Assembly (NCBI GenBank): GCA_050953835.1
Contig: JBMNNH010000009.1
Coordinates: 12,944-76,943 of the forward strand
Direction: 5' to 3'
DNA from: Acetivibrionales bacterium
GTDB lineage: Bacteria; Bacillota; Clostridia; Acetivibrionales; JBMNNH01
Length of the DNA: 64,000 bases
Shown here in pieces: positions 19,428 to 30,524 of the stretch (within the stretch, counting starts at the first letter, position 1; each line of letters opens with the position of its first letter). The position numbers and the translations under genes were made by a program. The notes under the pieces were generated by a model. That model was not told where the DNA came from and did no database searches. It saw only the letters and a program-made list of their open reading frames with translations.

Positions 19428-20837
19428 TTATTTATGCCTGACAACCTCAAAGCGTTCCATTCTGTATTTTTCTCCTGGCCTTATTCCAGCCTTTCGGAGT
19501 GCTATCCTGACTTGTTCTTCGACTGTATCCACTCCTTCAAGATCCGGAAGCAGGAGGCCTGACTTAAAACCCGATCTCACAATGACGCCATATTTTTTTA
19601 TATCAAGCTGTTCCATTGATTCTATGGGTTCAGGCTCTTTAAGTATATCAACCGAATATACCAATTCATCAAGTTCATTTTCCTCCACAGGTTCAAACCT
19701 TGGATCCTGAGTGCCTGCACTAATAGCATTGTATATTATTTCGTGTGCAACATTCTCCCTGGTTGGAGCTGTGGTTCCTATGCAGCCGCGCAGCCGGCCA
19801 TATTTCTTTATCGTAACAAAAGCACCGGCTTTATTATCCACCATTTCATCTGGCAAATCCTCAGGCAGCTTCATTATACCTTTCCCTTTTACATAGTTTT
19901 CAAGGCTGCTCCTTGCAAGTTTAACATAGATATCCTCATTTGCTCTGGCCTTTTCCATCATTTTTGCATTTGCTTCTTCAACCTCTTTTAACACATCTCC
20001 ACCAGTCTTTCTGTTTAATACATTGAATCTTGCTACCGCATAACCTACTCCAAAAGGCCCTTCATATGAATACACTTCAGGCTCTACATTATAACAGTCC
20101 ATTGCTCCAAACATAATAATAAAGGATCTTAGTCCGCATTCTCCAGCACTCTCACACATATTTTCGTCAATTTGCATTAACTGCTTTACATTAAATTCCT
20201 TTAAACTCTCTACAACCAATTTATCATACATACTGCCCTGTTCACTGAAACCATAAGGTGCATCATGGGTAAGTCTGTGGGAAAGGTCTCCACTTGCAAT
20301 AAACACAACCCTCTCCCCGCTTTTGTCTACGGCCTTTGAAATACACATTCCAAACCTGTATAATTCATTAAAAGGTAATCCTGCGACAGAAATACGCACC
20401 AGTTTAAAGTTCTTCAGAACTTTGCTGACAAAATACATTGGCACAAGGACACCATGATCAAGTTCGCCGGAGATTTTATATTTCTTCGCAATAGTATCAT
20501 CCAACCCTCCGGCGTAGATACCCTCTTCCCTGGCATATAAACATATATCCCTTGCCATATCAGTATTGTTGGCAAATTCCATATTTACATTTCCTGCTCT
20601 AAACCCTGAAAAATCACCTTTTAGCCTCTCTGAAAACGGAATATATATGTAGTCCTGGAACAACGGTCCATGAGGTGTGGTAATAATTATTGTGGTCGGT
20701 TTTTCTTCACCTATCAGCCCTGCAGCTCTCTTCATGGCCTCCAAAGTACCAACCGCTTCCCTTTCCCCGCCTTTTCCTACTTCCGGAACAATAATGGGCG
20801 GATGGGGGAAAACATAAGAGCTTATTACACTGCCCAT
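19428..20837 (-). CDS. amrA: AmmeMemoRadiSam protein A: LigB/Memo-like domain fused to an AMMECR1 domain
   Basis: PHPP, DHG, SGDLSH, ECG and YEGPFGVGY; then GAFVTI..LRGCIGT, DPRF and [10 protein letters not shown]. Confidence 0.92.
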   Translation of the reverse strand: MGSVISSYVFPHPPIIVPEVGKGGEREAVGTLEAMKRAAGLIGEEKPTTIIITTPHGPLFQDYIYIPFSERLKGDFSGFRAGNVNMEFANNTDMARDICLYAREEGIYAGGLDDTIAKKYKISGELDHGVLVPMYFVSKVLKNFKLVRISVAGLPFNELYRFGMCISKAVDKSGERVVFIASGDLSHRLTHDAPYGFSEQGSMYDKLVVESLKEFNVKQLMQIDENMCESAGECGLRSFIIMFGAMDCYNVEPEVYSYEGPFGVGYAVARFNVLNRKTGGDVLKEVEEANAKMMEKARANEDIYVKLARSSLENYVKGKGIMKLPEDLPDEMVDNKAGAFVTIKKYGRLRGCIGTTAPTRENVAHEIIYNAISAGTQDPRFEPVEENELDELVYSVDILKEPEPIESMEQLDIKKYGVIVRSGFKSGLLLPDLEGVDTVEEQVRIALRKAGIRPGEKYRMERFEVVRHK

Positions 20838-20842
20838 CAATA

Positions 20843-20947
20843 TCACTTCCTTCCTAAGAAAATTGAGAAACCAATAATTCCTACTGAAGTTATTAGAAAT
20901 GCAATTATAGTAATTAAAGCCGTCATCCTAATAACCCTTTTTTTCAT
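20843..20947 (-). CDS. 34-aa single-pass membrane protein, not in the ORF track
   Basis: [34 protein letters not shown]; RBS-like AGGATGTG; stop lies 5 nt before the amrA ATG. Confidence 0.65.
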   Translation of the reverse strand: MKKRVIRMTALITIIAFLITSVGIIGFSIFLGRK

Positions 20948-21140
20948 GCCTGGTATCACATCCTGCCTTTACTATTTTTATTTATTCTTTCAATATTATT
21001 ATATAATACAAAATAACTTTTTTGTATTAATATTGATTTTCCATAAATTTCAGCGAATTAAGAGGAAGGAATTTTGAAACGCATGTAGAATAATATATAT
21101 AATACACAGCAATACCAAATCTTAATACTGTTCCCGTCTT

Positions 21141-21190
21141 AAAAAACACTAGTATGGAACGTTTCTTCCCTGTTGCATAGTAGTGTTTTT
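21141..21190 (-). terminator. Terminator after the histidine kinase gene
   Basis: AAAAACACTAGTATG...CATAGTAGTGTTTTT inverted repeat. Confidence 0.6.
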
Positions 21191-22521
21191 CTTGTTCAAT
21201 AATACGTCATTCATCAGTGGAGGTAAGGTAAATATCTGAAAACTCCAATGCGATAGCGGGTACCAGCTTTTCATATATATTACCTGCCCTGTCTTGTGTT
21301 TCCTCTTGGTCCGAAACTGTAGTATCAGGTAGAATAATAGTAAAAATACTACCCTTCCCTTTATTGCTTTCCACAGTAACTTCTCCGCCTAATGCATCAA
21401 CCAGCAGTTTAACCAGATACAGCCCAATACCTGTACCTTCCTGATTTTTCGCCAGGCCACTGCTAACCTGTCCGAAACGCTCAAATATTATTTTTTGTTT
21501 TTGTTCTGGTATACCTATACCATTGTCAGCAACCTGAATATAAACCATATTATTCTTTTCGGAAACTATTACCTTTATAGTCTGTCCCTCTGATGAAAAC
21601 TTTATTGCGTTTGATAAAAGATTTAAAAGTATTCTCTCATACTTTTCATCATCAATGGCCATAACCTTCTTAGAAAGTGAAGATTTAAACACCAGTTTTT
21701 CGCCCTTTTCCTTCGCATACAGTGAAACCGACTCAGTAATGGCCTTTGTTACCGATACAATATCCATGTTTCTTCTGTGCAACTTCATATATCCACTTTC
21801 AGCCCTTGTTATGTCCAGTATATTATTTACCAGCCGCAGCTGCCTCAATGAGTTCTGCTTTATTTGCCTCATGTACTTTTTTACTTTATAGGGAATTTCA
21901 TCCCCACAAATATGCTCCATTGTCTGAACAGCTGCATTTACAAGAGTTATCGGCGTTTTGAATTCGTGAGACAGGTAGTAGAACACATCGTCCTTGATAT
22001 GCAGTTTCTCTTCAATATCGTTTATCCGGCTTTCCATTTCCTTTCTGGCCATTACCCTTTCAGTAACATCTACTGCAATAACTACTATGTATTTGACCTT
22101 GTTACCGTCCATCAACGGGATAAAGTCGCTATCCCAATAAGTAACTCCCCTTTTAAACCCACCGAAGGCACTTTCTTTTAGGCATGCAGGATTACAGGTT
22201 TCCTCGACCTTCTTCCATATGATATCCTGGGAACTGCTTTCCCATCCGGAAGCTATTTCATTTATTCTTTTTCCAATGCAATTATCAATTATATTATATG
22301 GTTCATCCAGATAACTTAAATATTGATTATTTGCTTTTACTAATATACGATCAGGTGCACTATAAACAGCAATTCCTTTGTGCGGAAGGGATAGCAAACT
22401 TTCTAAAAAAGGAAAACGACACTCCAGCCTTGAACCAGGAATTTCGTAAAAAACCACAAGCATCTCATCCTTAGTCATTCCTTGATGTATTAATACTTTT
22501 ACATGCCTTGCCCTAAAATCC

Positions 22522-24047
22522 GATCGTGTCAATTTACTGTAGGAAAACTATTCAGAGACTACACCCTAGCTGCTCTTCCTCTAAATAGCTTTTAGAGCCT
22601 TATAAAGCCCTGTCAACTTTCCTATTTTAAAGACCTCAAGATTACAAACTTTCGTCATTAATTCTAGATTTCAAACCTTGTGATGTTTCCTTCATTATCT
22701 TTTTCGTTATTGTATAGAGTTTTTCCTCTTTTTTCTTTGCTCTAATATATTCAATCACTCTGCCTTTGTTTGCCTTAAATGCTCTTAGTCTGGCCATTTT
22801 GTCAGCTCCGTCCCTGCTCCAGCCCATTGGTCGGCTACTCATCCTAGATGCAAGAATATGGCTATTATGTCCTTCTGCGCTGCATCCAACTATATGTTTG
22901 CTTTCTTCTTCCTGTACTTTTATTCCATCCCAATTGTTTTTGAAATATGTCCAGCTTTCTTTTATTTCATTCCGTTTTGATTCACTTTCAGTTGCCATGT
23001 ACAGCTCATTGAAAACAAGCCCCAGTTCGTCTAATTCTACTTCTTTAAGGCATTCCCATACTTTGCTTGCATATCCCCGCATATGCGCCGTTGCTTTCGT
23101 TACATACTTGTTCATATGGTATTTGTCTAATACAAATCTCGCCCTTGGCAGATAATTAAGCCCTTGCTTGATCCATGAAGCCCCATCTCCCGATAGGTAT
23201 ATTTGCTGAATTTTATCTATTACATAATTGTCTTCTATGTATTCATAAACTTCCTGCCACAGTTCCCCTGGGCTTCCTCTCAAACACGCCAGATAATATG
23301 GTGACTTTAGGCTCCTCCTTTTGCCTTGTTCCTCAATTCCTTCATGCACATAGATAAGGCGGGGCATTGCACTTTTCCCTGATTGAAGAGCTATATGGTC
23401 TTCATCTGCTTCTACATACAATGTTTCAACTTCTTTTTTCTCCACCGGTAACTTCTCAAGCTTTATTTTCTCTAAGTTCCTTACACTCTTCATGACAGTT
23501 TGTCCACTGATTTCTAGCTCACAGGCCATTTTCCCACTCTTTCGATAGGACATTTCTGCTCCAGCTTCCGCAAGCTCTGCATAAACTTCCTCATCAATCC
23601 GTTCATGAATCCCTACCCCAAGTATTTCATCTACAAGATGTCTGTATCGTTTCTTATCCTTAGAACAGTAATATGTTCTTCTGTAGGTTATTTCCCCTAA
23701 TTTTGTGATGATTGTTTTTTCATCTTCCCTGCGCTCGACATGCCAATCCTTTTTTCTTCCCGAGTCTTTCCTAATTGCTTCATCCAGGGCTTCTATCATT
23801 TCTACACAAATCCCTCGTCCTAAAGCATCAGTTTCTTTCTTGATTTCTGCAACGACTTCCGATAAACCCTCCCCATTTTTTATAATTTCCAATACTTTTT
23901 CTTGAAGTTTTCTGATACATACTTCTGCAAAATGTTGTATAATGTTATTCATAAGAGACCCCCTTCTTTTTTGTTTTTCTCTCAAAAAACATTTTATCAG
24001 AAAGGTGTGGTCTCTTATCATTTTTCCTACAGTAATTTTACACTAAC
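22522..24047 (-). mobile_element. ISLre2-family insertion sequence
   Basis: IRs GATCGTGTCAATTTACTGTAGGAAAA and GTTAGTGTAAAATTACTGTAGGAAAA; 9-bp target duplication CTAAAATCC at 22513-22521 and 24048-24056. Confidence 0.93.
22581..23952 (-). CDS. ISLre2-family transposase (UPF0236); probable indel near 22645 shortens the C-terminus
   Basis: LYVEADEDH, GDGASWIK, LDKYH, GCSAEGHNSH and RMSSRPMGWS motifs; tail NLEVFKIGKLTGLYKALKAI* lies in an adjacent frame. Confidence 0.9.
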
Positions 24048-24461
24048 CTAAAATCCTTAGTAAATAAAAACAATGCCTGTTCACCCATTTTTTTTAATTC
24101 GAAGATTGTTATATCCCTTTTGAATATTTTTAAAAAAATACGGTCAGCATTATGTCCGAGAGCTTCTTCCTTCGATAATCCGGTCAAATCCAAGAATGGG
24201 TAGTTGACATCAGTTATTTCTATGTTATTTATTTTTAAGTATGGTAAGAACCGATAAGACGCAAGGAAATAGTCATTTATTATAACATACACCTCCTATG
24301 TCCAACTAAAGAGTATTATGTCAATAACATCTGTATATAAATATATCATATATTTCCATGGATTTCTATGGTTTTTTAAACATTTATCAACATTTTGCGA
24401 CAATGAGTGTTATAATAAGAATTATTACCCAGTAATTACATATAATTACATAAAAAGTCCT

Positions 24462-24485
24462 GTTACAATACAACAGGACTTTTTA
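24462..24485 (-). terminator. Terminator after tRNA-Leu
   Basis: AAAAAGTCCTGTT...AACAGGACTTTTT inverted repeat. Confidence 0.7.
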
Positions 24486-24495
24486 TATAATGTAA

Positions 24496-24580
24496 TGGTG
24501 CGGACAAAGGGACTTGAACCCCCACGCCTCACGGCACTAGATCCTAAATCTAGCGCGTCTGCCAATTCCGCCATGTCCGC
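24496..24580 (-). tRNA. tRNA-Leu(TAG)
   Basis: 85-nt cloverleaf with long variable arm, anticodon loop TTTAGGA, GTTCAAGTC T-arm and encoded CCA. Confidence 0.97.
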
Positions 24581-24603
24581 ATGACTTTTTCGCAACATCA
24601 CTT

Positions 24604-24632
24604 ATTATAAAGAGATTTTGCACTTTTGTCAA
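24604..24632 (-). promoter_or_regulatory. sigmaA promoter of tRNA-Leu
   Basis: TTGACA-N17-TATAAT, a perfect consensus. Confidence 0.9.
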
Positions 24633-24720
24633 CATCATTTTAGCATGGCATGAAATGGCTTAGCAGGCGTATTTTTTATGTATGAGGATCATTATTTTCA
24701 AATGTCTTCATTGTCTCAAT

Positions 24721-25662
24721 TTATTTTCTCTGCGTTTTTAAGATGTTTCTGACTTTTTGAGCAATATTTGCATCATTTAGTCTGTAATAATCCAGGAGCT
24801 CATTATGGCTTTCAGCCGATTGCCCGAAAGCGTCTTCAACAGCTACCACCTCTATTGGAACCGGAGTTTTTCTCAATGCATAGGTGATTGCACATGCTAA
24901 TCCTCCTATGTAGGTATGTTCTTCTGCTGTTACAACTCCTTTCATTCCTTTAACCAGATCAATAACAGAGTTTTCATCCAGGGGCTTCAAGGTGCTCACA
25001 TTTATAACTTTTACTGAAACGCCTTCTTTCTCCATTTGTTTCGCAGCTTTAATCGCTGCAGATACCATCGTTCCCATGGCAAAAACAGCAACCTCAGTTC
25101 CGTCTCTTAATACCGTAGGTTTCCCTATTCTAAACTCCAGTTCTTCCGGGAATATGTCCTCCATGTCATTTCTGCTTATTCTCATATATACTGGACCATC
25201 ATAATCTGTAATTGCCCTAACCGCCTTTTTGGTTTCAATCCCATCACAGGGAACTATCACCATCATATTCGGTATAGCTCTCATTATGGCAACGTCCTCA
25301 ATTGACTGATGCGTTGCCCCATCTCCGAAATCAGAAAATCCTGCACTTGACCCAATAATCTTAACATTCAATTTACCTATGCAAACACCCTGTCGAATCT
25401 GGTCAAAGGGACGGCCCGATGCAAAAACAGCAAAAGAGTTTACGAATGCAATCTTGTCAGTTAGTGAAAGTCCTGCACCAAAGGAGATCATATTAGCCTC
25501 TGCAATACCCATTTCGAAGTATCTTTCAGGAAATTCCTGCTGGAATTGATAGGTCATTGTAGATTTACCAAGGTCAGCTTCAAGTACAACTATTTTCTTA
25601 TTTTCCCTGCCTAATTCAAGCAGCGTTTGCCCATATACCACTCTTTGATTGTGCATACCCAT
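24721..25662 (-). CDS. Transketolase, C-terminal (pyrimidine-binding) subunit
   Basis: EMGIAEANM, DGATHQSIED and VTAEEH motifs. Confidence 0.95.
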   Translation of the reverse strand: MGMHNQRVVYGQTLLELGRENKKIVVLEADLGKSTMTYQFQQEFPERYFEMGIAEANMISFGAGLSLTDKIAFVNSFAVFASGRPFDQIRQGVCIGKLNVKIIGSSAGFSDFGDGATHQSIEDVAIMRAIPNMMVIVPCDGIETKKAVRAITDYDGPVYMRISRNDMEDIFPEELEFRIGKPTVLRDGTEVAVFAMGTMVSAAIKAAKQMEKEGVSVKVINVSTLKPLDENSVIDLVKGMKGVVTAEEHTYIGGLACAITYALRKTPVPIEVVAVEDAFGQSAESHNELLDYYRLNDANIAQKVRNILKTQRK

Positions 25663-25675
25663 TATTATTCCCTCC

Positions 25676-26497
25676 TTAATCCATCAAGTCCTGGTAGGCT
25701 AATTCATATTGCTCTTGGGTCATAATACCGTTATGAAATGCTGCTGTGTTCTCAGCAAAACAGATACCCTTTCCTTTGACGGTATGTGCAATGATCATTG
25801 TCGGTTTCCCATTAGTTTCGTCTGTCTGATCCAGTGCGGTTATTATCTGCTCGATATCATGTCCATCAATTTCAATGACATTCCATCCAAAAGATATCCA
25901 CTTTTCCCTAAGCGGATTCGTGTCAAACCGTTCTGAAATGGGGCCTGTAGCTTGAATTTTATTGCAGTCCAGGATTCCAACAAGATTATCAAGCTTATAG
26001 AATGAGGCTGCCATAGCTGCTTCCCATATTTGTCCCTCAGCAAGCTCTCCATCACCAATTACACAATATATTTTGTAATCCTTTTTATCAAGCTTTGCTC
26101 CGGCAGCTATTCCGCAGGATATGGACAGACCTTGCCCGAGAGAGCCGGTGTTTGCTTCAATACCTGGAGTTTTCATCATGTCCGGATGCCCCTGAAGAAT
26201 TGAGCCAAGCTTCTTCAGGTTCCATAATTCATCCATAGGAAAGTAACCGCACATAGCCAGGGCAGCATACTGTACTATCGCCGCATGTCCCTTACTTAGA
26301 ATCAGTCTGTCCCTGTCCTCCCACTTTGGGTTATCGGGGCGGTGCTTCATCTTTCTAAAGTAAAGCACAGCCACAATATCCGCTATTGAGCACGAACCTC
26401 CAAAATGACCAGCTTTTCCTGGTCCAACCATTTTTACGATGTTAAGTCGGATAGATTTAGCTTTTTTCTTCAATTCTTCGACTGTACAACCCATCAA
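25676..26497 (-). CDS. Transketolase, N-terminal (ThDP-binding) subunit
   Basis: GHFGGS, DRLILSKGHA, LQGHP, GSLGQG and GDGELAEG motifs. Confidence 0.95.
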   Translation of the reverse strand: MMGCTVEELKKKAKSIRLNIVKMVGPGKAGHFGGSCSIADIVAVLYFRKMKHRPDNPKWEDRDRLILSKGHAAIVQYAALAMCGYFPMDELWNLKKLGSILQGHPDMMKTPGIEANTGSLGQGLSISCGIAAGAKLDKKDYKIYCVIGDGELAEGQIWEAAMAASFYKLDNLVGILDCNKIQATGPISERFDTNPLREKWISFGWNVIEIDGHDIEQIITALDQTDETNGKPTMIIAHTVKGKGICFAENTAAFHNGIMTQEQYELAYQDLMD

Positions 26498-26540
26498 ATC
26501 ATCCCCTTTAAGAAATAATGTTTTCTACAATTGAACTGGA

Positions 26541-26585
26541 TGTATGTTGTATTACATGTCAAGCTAGTTGTATGTTGTATTACAT
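26541..26585. promoter_or_regulatory. Tandem FadR-type operator pair upstream of the transketolase genes
   Basis: TGTATGTTGTATTACAT at 26541-26557 and 26569-26585; shares the TGTAATACA core with the garR-side boxes. Confidence 0.7.
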
Positions 26586-26664
26586 TTATTGTGACAAAGA
26601 TGTTTTGATAATTTTGTCGATTATGCTTGTAAGGAATATTTGCATGACTAATAAGGTATACTTG

Positions 26665-27363
26665 TCAGATAAAGTTTCTAGCATTCTTTACATCGATTAT
26701 TGCAGTTTCAATGTGTTCCCTCATAATTTTAGCGGCTGCTTCAGCATCTCTATTTATTACTGCATTGAGGATCTTTCTGTGATAATGCATTCCAGCCTGG
26801 AAACCTCTAAGTTTGACAATTTCCTCCATTGAGTTTTTCAGCATATCGTGCATTATTGCAGTTACCTTTACTACAACGCTGTTATGTGTGGCTAATGCAA
26901 GAGCTGTATGAAAATTCAAGTCCTCGTAAGCAAATTTTTTATAGTCTCCCTTACTTTTATCCATGTTTGAAAGGATTTCCTTCATTCTGCCTATATCCTC
27001 TTCATTAGCTCTGAGTGCGGCAAATCTGGCACTTTCAATTTCAATTACGGAACGAAATTCCAGCATTTCAATCAGGCTTGTCGTTTCAATCATAAGTACA
27101 GGCAAAAGAGTATTAAAATAGTCTTTCGGAAGTATTTCCGAAACAAAAGTTCCCTCCCCCCTTCGTATAGTTAGTACTCCCATACCTACCATACGGTGAA
27201 TGGCCTGTCTGATTGAAACCCTACTCACACCAAACATTCTTGCTAAATCATTTTCTCCAGGAATCTTGGTACCAGGAGCCCACTCGCCAGAAATTATATT
27301 ATCTTTGATTTGTTCCAGAACCTCATCGCTAACTTTTTTTTGTTTTATTGGCTTAATATTCAT
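26665..27363 (-). CDS. FadR/GntR-family transcriptional regulator
   Basis: PGTKIPGENDLARMFGVSRVSIRQA winged HTH; FCD domain with DLNFHTAL. Confidence 0.95.
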   Translation of the reverse strand: MNIKPIKQKKVSDEVLEQIKDNIISGEWAPGTKIPGENDLARMFGVSRVSIRQAIHRMVGMGVLTIRRGEGTFVSEILPKDYFNTLLPVLMIETTSLIEMLEFRSVIEIESARFAALRANEEDIGRMKEILSNMDKSKGDYKKFAYEDLNFHTALALATHNSVVVKVTAIMHDMLKNSMEEIVKLRGFQAGMHYHRKILNAVINRDAEAAAKIMREHIETAIIDVKNARNFI

Positions 27364-27632
27364 TTTGCATCCCTTTTATATGTATTATGTATTACCTCTA
27401 TATTTTTTTTTATTATATATGATTTCATTTATTATTGCAAGAAATATTTGATGGTGATGTAGTATGGTCATTATGGTCAATACATACCCTTTCACTGCAT
27501 AATACTAATGATGAATCCTCTCCCTGTGATAATAATTTTTGTGCATTCTATACATTATTTTTATCATTGTTTTGTCTATTTTAACTATTGACTTTTCAGG
27601 TCTATCAAAATAACATAAACTTAATCAATCAG

Positions 27633-27678
27633 TTGTAATACATCTCATGCTGGACAGTTACTTGTAATACATCTCATG
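27633..27678. promoter_or_regulatory. Tandem FadR-type operator pair upstream of garR
   Basis: TTGTAATACATCTCATG at 27633-27649 and 27662-27678, just downstream of TTGACT-N17-TAACAT. Confidence 0.7.
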
Positions 27679-27720
27679 TATTATATTATACTATGTAGAA
27701 TATGGAGGGGGGTTTGTATA

Positions 27721-28608
27721 ATGAAACGTATTGGATTCATAGGGCTTGGGATTATGGGTAAACCAATGGCATTAAATCTAATTCGTGCTGGGTATTCGTT
27801 AACAGTCTATGATATAAACCCAAAGCCGCTTAAAGAACTCGAACAGGCTGGGGCTGAAATTGCTGCCAACGGAAAAGAAGTAGCGGAAAAGAATACAATT
27901 ATTATCACCATGCTGCCTAATTCACCGCAAGTAAAGGAGGCTGTTTTTGGAGAAAACGGGATTATTGAAGGTATTCAGAAGGATTCCATACTTATTGACA
28001 TGAGTTCGATTTCCCCCGCTGCGTCCAAAGAAATTTCGGAAGGTATCAGCAATAAGTGTGCCTTTATGCTGGATGCTCCTGTCAGTGGTGGAGAACCCAA
28101 GGCAATTGACGGAAGCCTGTCCATCATGGTTGGCGGCAAAAAAGAAATATTTGACAAAGTATATGATATTCTAATGGTCATGGGCAGTTCTGCTGTGCTG
28201 TGCGGGGATATTGGCGCAGGGAATACCACTAAGCTTGCAAATCAAATAATTGTCGCCGCTAACATTGCGGCACTTTCAGAGGCGCTGGTGCTTGGCAAAA
28301 AGGCCGGAGTCAACCCCGAAGTAATATTCAACGCTATACGGGGAGGTCTTGCCGGCAGTGCAGTTATGGATGCGAAGGCACCAATGATGATTAAAGGCAA
28401 TTTTTCACCCGGATTCCGTATAGCTCTACATATAAAAGACTTGAACAACGTCCTTGAGACCGGTCACGAATATGGTTCGCCACTGCCACTAACTTCTGCG
28501 GTAATGGAGATGATGCAGTGGCTGAAAGCCAATAATTTCGAAGCAGAGGATCACAGTGCACTTGCTAAATATTACGAGAATTTGGCTGGAACCTTTATAC
28601 ACGATTAA
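27721..28608 (+). CDS. garR: 2-hydroxy-3-oxopropionate (tartronate semialdehyde) reductase
   Basis: IGFIGLGIMGKPM, DAPVSGGEPKA, KLANQIIVA and PGFRIALHIKDL motifs. Confidence 0.88.
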   Translation: MKRIGFIGLGIMGKPMALNLIRAGYSLTVYDINPKPLKELEQAGAEIAANGKEVAEKNTIIITMLPNSPQVKEAVFGENGIIEGIQKDSILIDMSSISPAASKEISEGISNKCAFMLDAPVSGGEPKAIDGSLSIMVGGKKEIFDKVYDILMVMGSSAVLCGDIGAGNTTKLANQIIVAANIAALSEALVLGKKAGVNPEVIFNAIRGGLAGSAVMDAKAPMMIKGNFSPGFRIALHIKDLNNVLETGHEYGSPLPLTSAVMEMMQWLKANNFEAEDHSALAKYYENLAGTFIHD

Positions 28609-28720
28609 TTATGAATGATACGTTGTGTTAACGTATCATTTTATTATTCCATACTTCAGTGTAAATTTCCATCTAAAGCCTTGCAGAACTATAATACAAT
28701 ATTTAGGAGGGAGTACCATT

Positions 28721-29927
28721 ATGAAAAAAGACAATCTCTGTGATTCTTGCACTGTTGTTAGTAGCTATGCTGGTTGGCTGTGGCTCCACTGGAACAACGA
28801 AGAGTGCAGGCGCAACTACCGCAACTGGCTCCAGCGACAAATCTTCGAGCAGTGAATCTGCTGACAAACCTTCGAGCAGTGAATCCAATGACAAACCTTC
28901 GAGCAGTGAATCCAATGACAAACCTTCGGGAGACGGAAAAGTTTGGCCGAATGGCACACCTACCGTGACAGTTGGCTTCGGTGCAGGTGGTGGAACCGAC
29001 ACCGCAGTTCGTCCAGTGATTGCAGAAATGGAAAAATATCTGGGTGAAACAATCAATGTATTAAATCAGGATGGTGCAGCTTCTGCTGTCGCCGCAACCA
29101 ATGTTCTTAACAAACCCCATGACGGATATAGCATGTTTGCAACCGGTTCCGGTGCTTTTGCAGGCTTTGGCGTGAACGACACAAGCGACAGTGATTGGAC
29201 TGACTGGGCATCTTTCCATGCTTTTACAGGTCCTGCCGCCATTGTTGTTAATCCTAACGGCAACATCAAGTCTTTGGACGACTTAAAGAACTATTTGTCT
29301 CAGGGTACTCAAAATTTTGCCATAGGTTCATTCGGAAATGGACCTCATGTCCAGATTGAAGCAATTCTTCAACTTCTGGGTATTGATTCCGTCAACTACA
29401 TGACGTTGGGATCTTGCCGGGATGCGGGTGTTTCCGTAGTCTCCGGAGATGCCGAAGTTGCAATCGGTTCTTTCTCCGCACTGATTGATTTCGTAAATGC
29501 CGAGCAGCTCAATGCGCTGTGCGTTACAACTGCTGACGGATGGACATTAAGCAGTGGTGGAAAAGTTGGTGAGACTATTCCATCAATCACAACCTTGATT
29601 GAAGGAGCCGATGCAATTCCCCAGTTGTGTGAAACCTGGCCGATTATGATTCCACGTGATGCACCTCAGAATATTATTGACAAAGTGGAAGAGGCATTTA
29701 AGTATGCGTTAACAACCGATGCTATCAAGGAATTTGCAAAAGAAAAAGGTTATATTGTTGTCGGCTATACCGGAGAAGAAGCGGATAGATTCCAGGCTAT
29801 GCAAACCTGTGCATACAGTTGGGTGCAGTACGATTCGGGACTAGTCAGCATTTCTCCTGAAAGCTTGAATCTTCCCCGCCTTGAAGACTTTGACTGGGAA
29901 GTTGAAAAGGCCAAACTGAACAAATAA
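28721..29927 (+). CDS. tctC: Tripartite tricarboxylate transporter substrate-binding lipoprotein (one extra A after the ATG)
   Basis: AGGAGG plus ATG 28721 gives MKKTISVILALLLVAMLVGC after removing one A; GFGAGGGTD motif; precedes tctB and tctA. Confidence 0.85.
28836..28927 (+). repeat. 27-bp coding tandem repeat (about 3.4 copies) forming a Ser-rich linker
   Basis: GACAAAYCTTCGAGCAGTGAATC... encoding DKSSSSESA/DKPSSSESN/DKPSSSESN/DKPS. Confidence 0.9.
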
Positions 29928-30011
29928 AGTAAAGTATTGCTCTGCCTTAAGATGGGCCATTTCACAAATGGCCCGCCTTAAGAGACCAACCCGGAAACTG
30001 GAGGGGATATC

Positions 30012-30506
30012 ATGAGCCAGCAAAATAAAGAGCAAAAGAAAACTGTTGGTGATTTCATAATTGGGCTTTTGCTTGTAATCGGCGGCATCTTCGTTATGAT
30101 TGTATCTTTGAACATGAAAATTTTTAGGAACTTTAATGATGCCCCGGGTTTTTTTCCGTTATTTCTTGGCGGTATTCTGGCATTGCTGGGCGCTGTTCTC
30201 GCCTTACAGTCAATTAAAAAAGGCGCTTTGCCTACAACGAAAGTTGTTTTCTCAAAAGAAAACCTCAAAAGCTTTGTAAAAGACGATAAAACATTGCGTA
30301 CTGTTATATTAATTGCAATTCTGATCGTCTATATTTATATTCTCATCGGCCGGATGCATTTTGCAATCGCCACTATGCTGTATCTTACTTCGACTATGCT
30401 TTATCTAAAATCAGCAAAATGGTGGAAAACCCTGATTATTTCAGCAATATCAACTTTGTTCATCTGTATAGCGTTTCAGTATGGTTTTCGTATCCCGCTG
30501 CCGTAA
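30012..30506 (+). CDS. tctB: TTT small membrane subunit
   Basis: Four to five TM segments, APGFFP motif and C-terminal FRIPLP. Confidence 0.9.
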   Translation: MSQQNKEQKKTVGDFIIGLLLVIGGIFVMIVSLNMKIFRNFNDAPGFFPLFLGGILALLGAVLALQSIKKGALPTTKVVFSKENLKSFVKDDKTLRTVILIAILIVYIYILIGRMHFAIATMLYLTSTMLYLKSAKWWKTLIISAISTLFICIAFQYGFRIPLP

Positions 30507-30524
30507 GAAAGGAGAAATTGTTTT

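Larger units (their letters stand above)
21207..24292 (-). pseudogene. Orphan PAS-domain sensor histidine kinase interrupted by an ISLre2-family element
   Basis: N-terminal part 24292-24048 ends FTKDFR and C-terminal part resumes DFRARHVKV in frame; SHEFKTP H-box, NLLSNAIKF, DNGIGI, GTGIGL and C-terminal LEFSDIY. Confidence 0.92.

Noticed and set aside
24496-24580. tRNA-Leu (or tRNA-Val at 51917) as an island integration site
   Set aside because: No duplicated tRNA 3' end was seen by eye and there is no integrase in the window.
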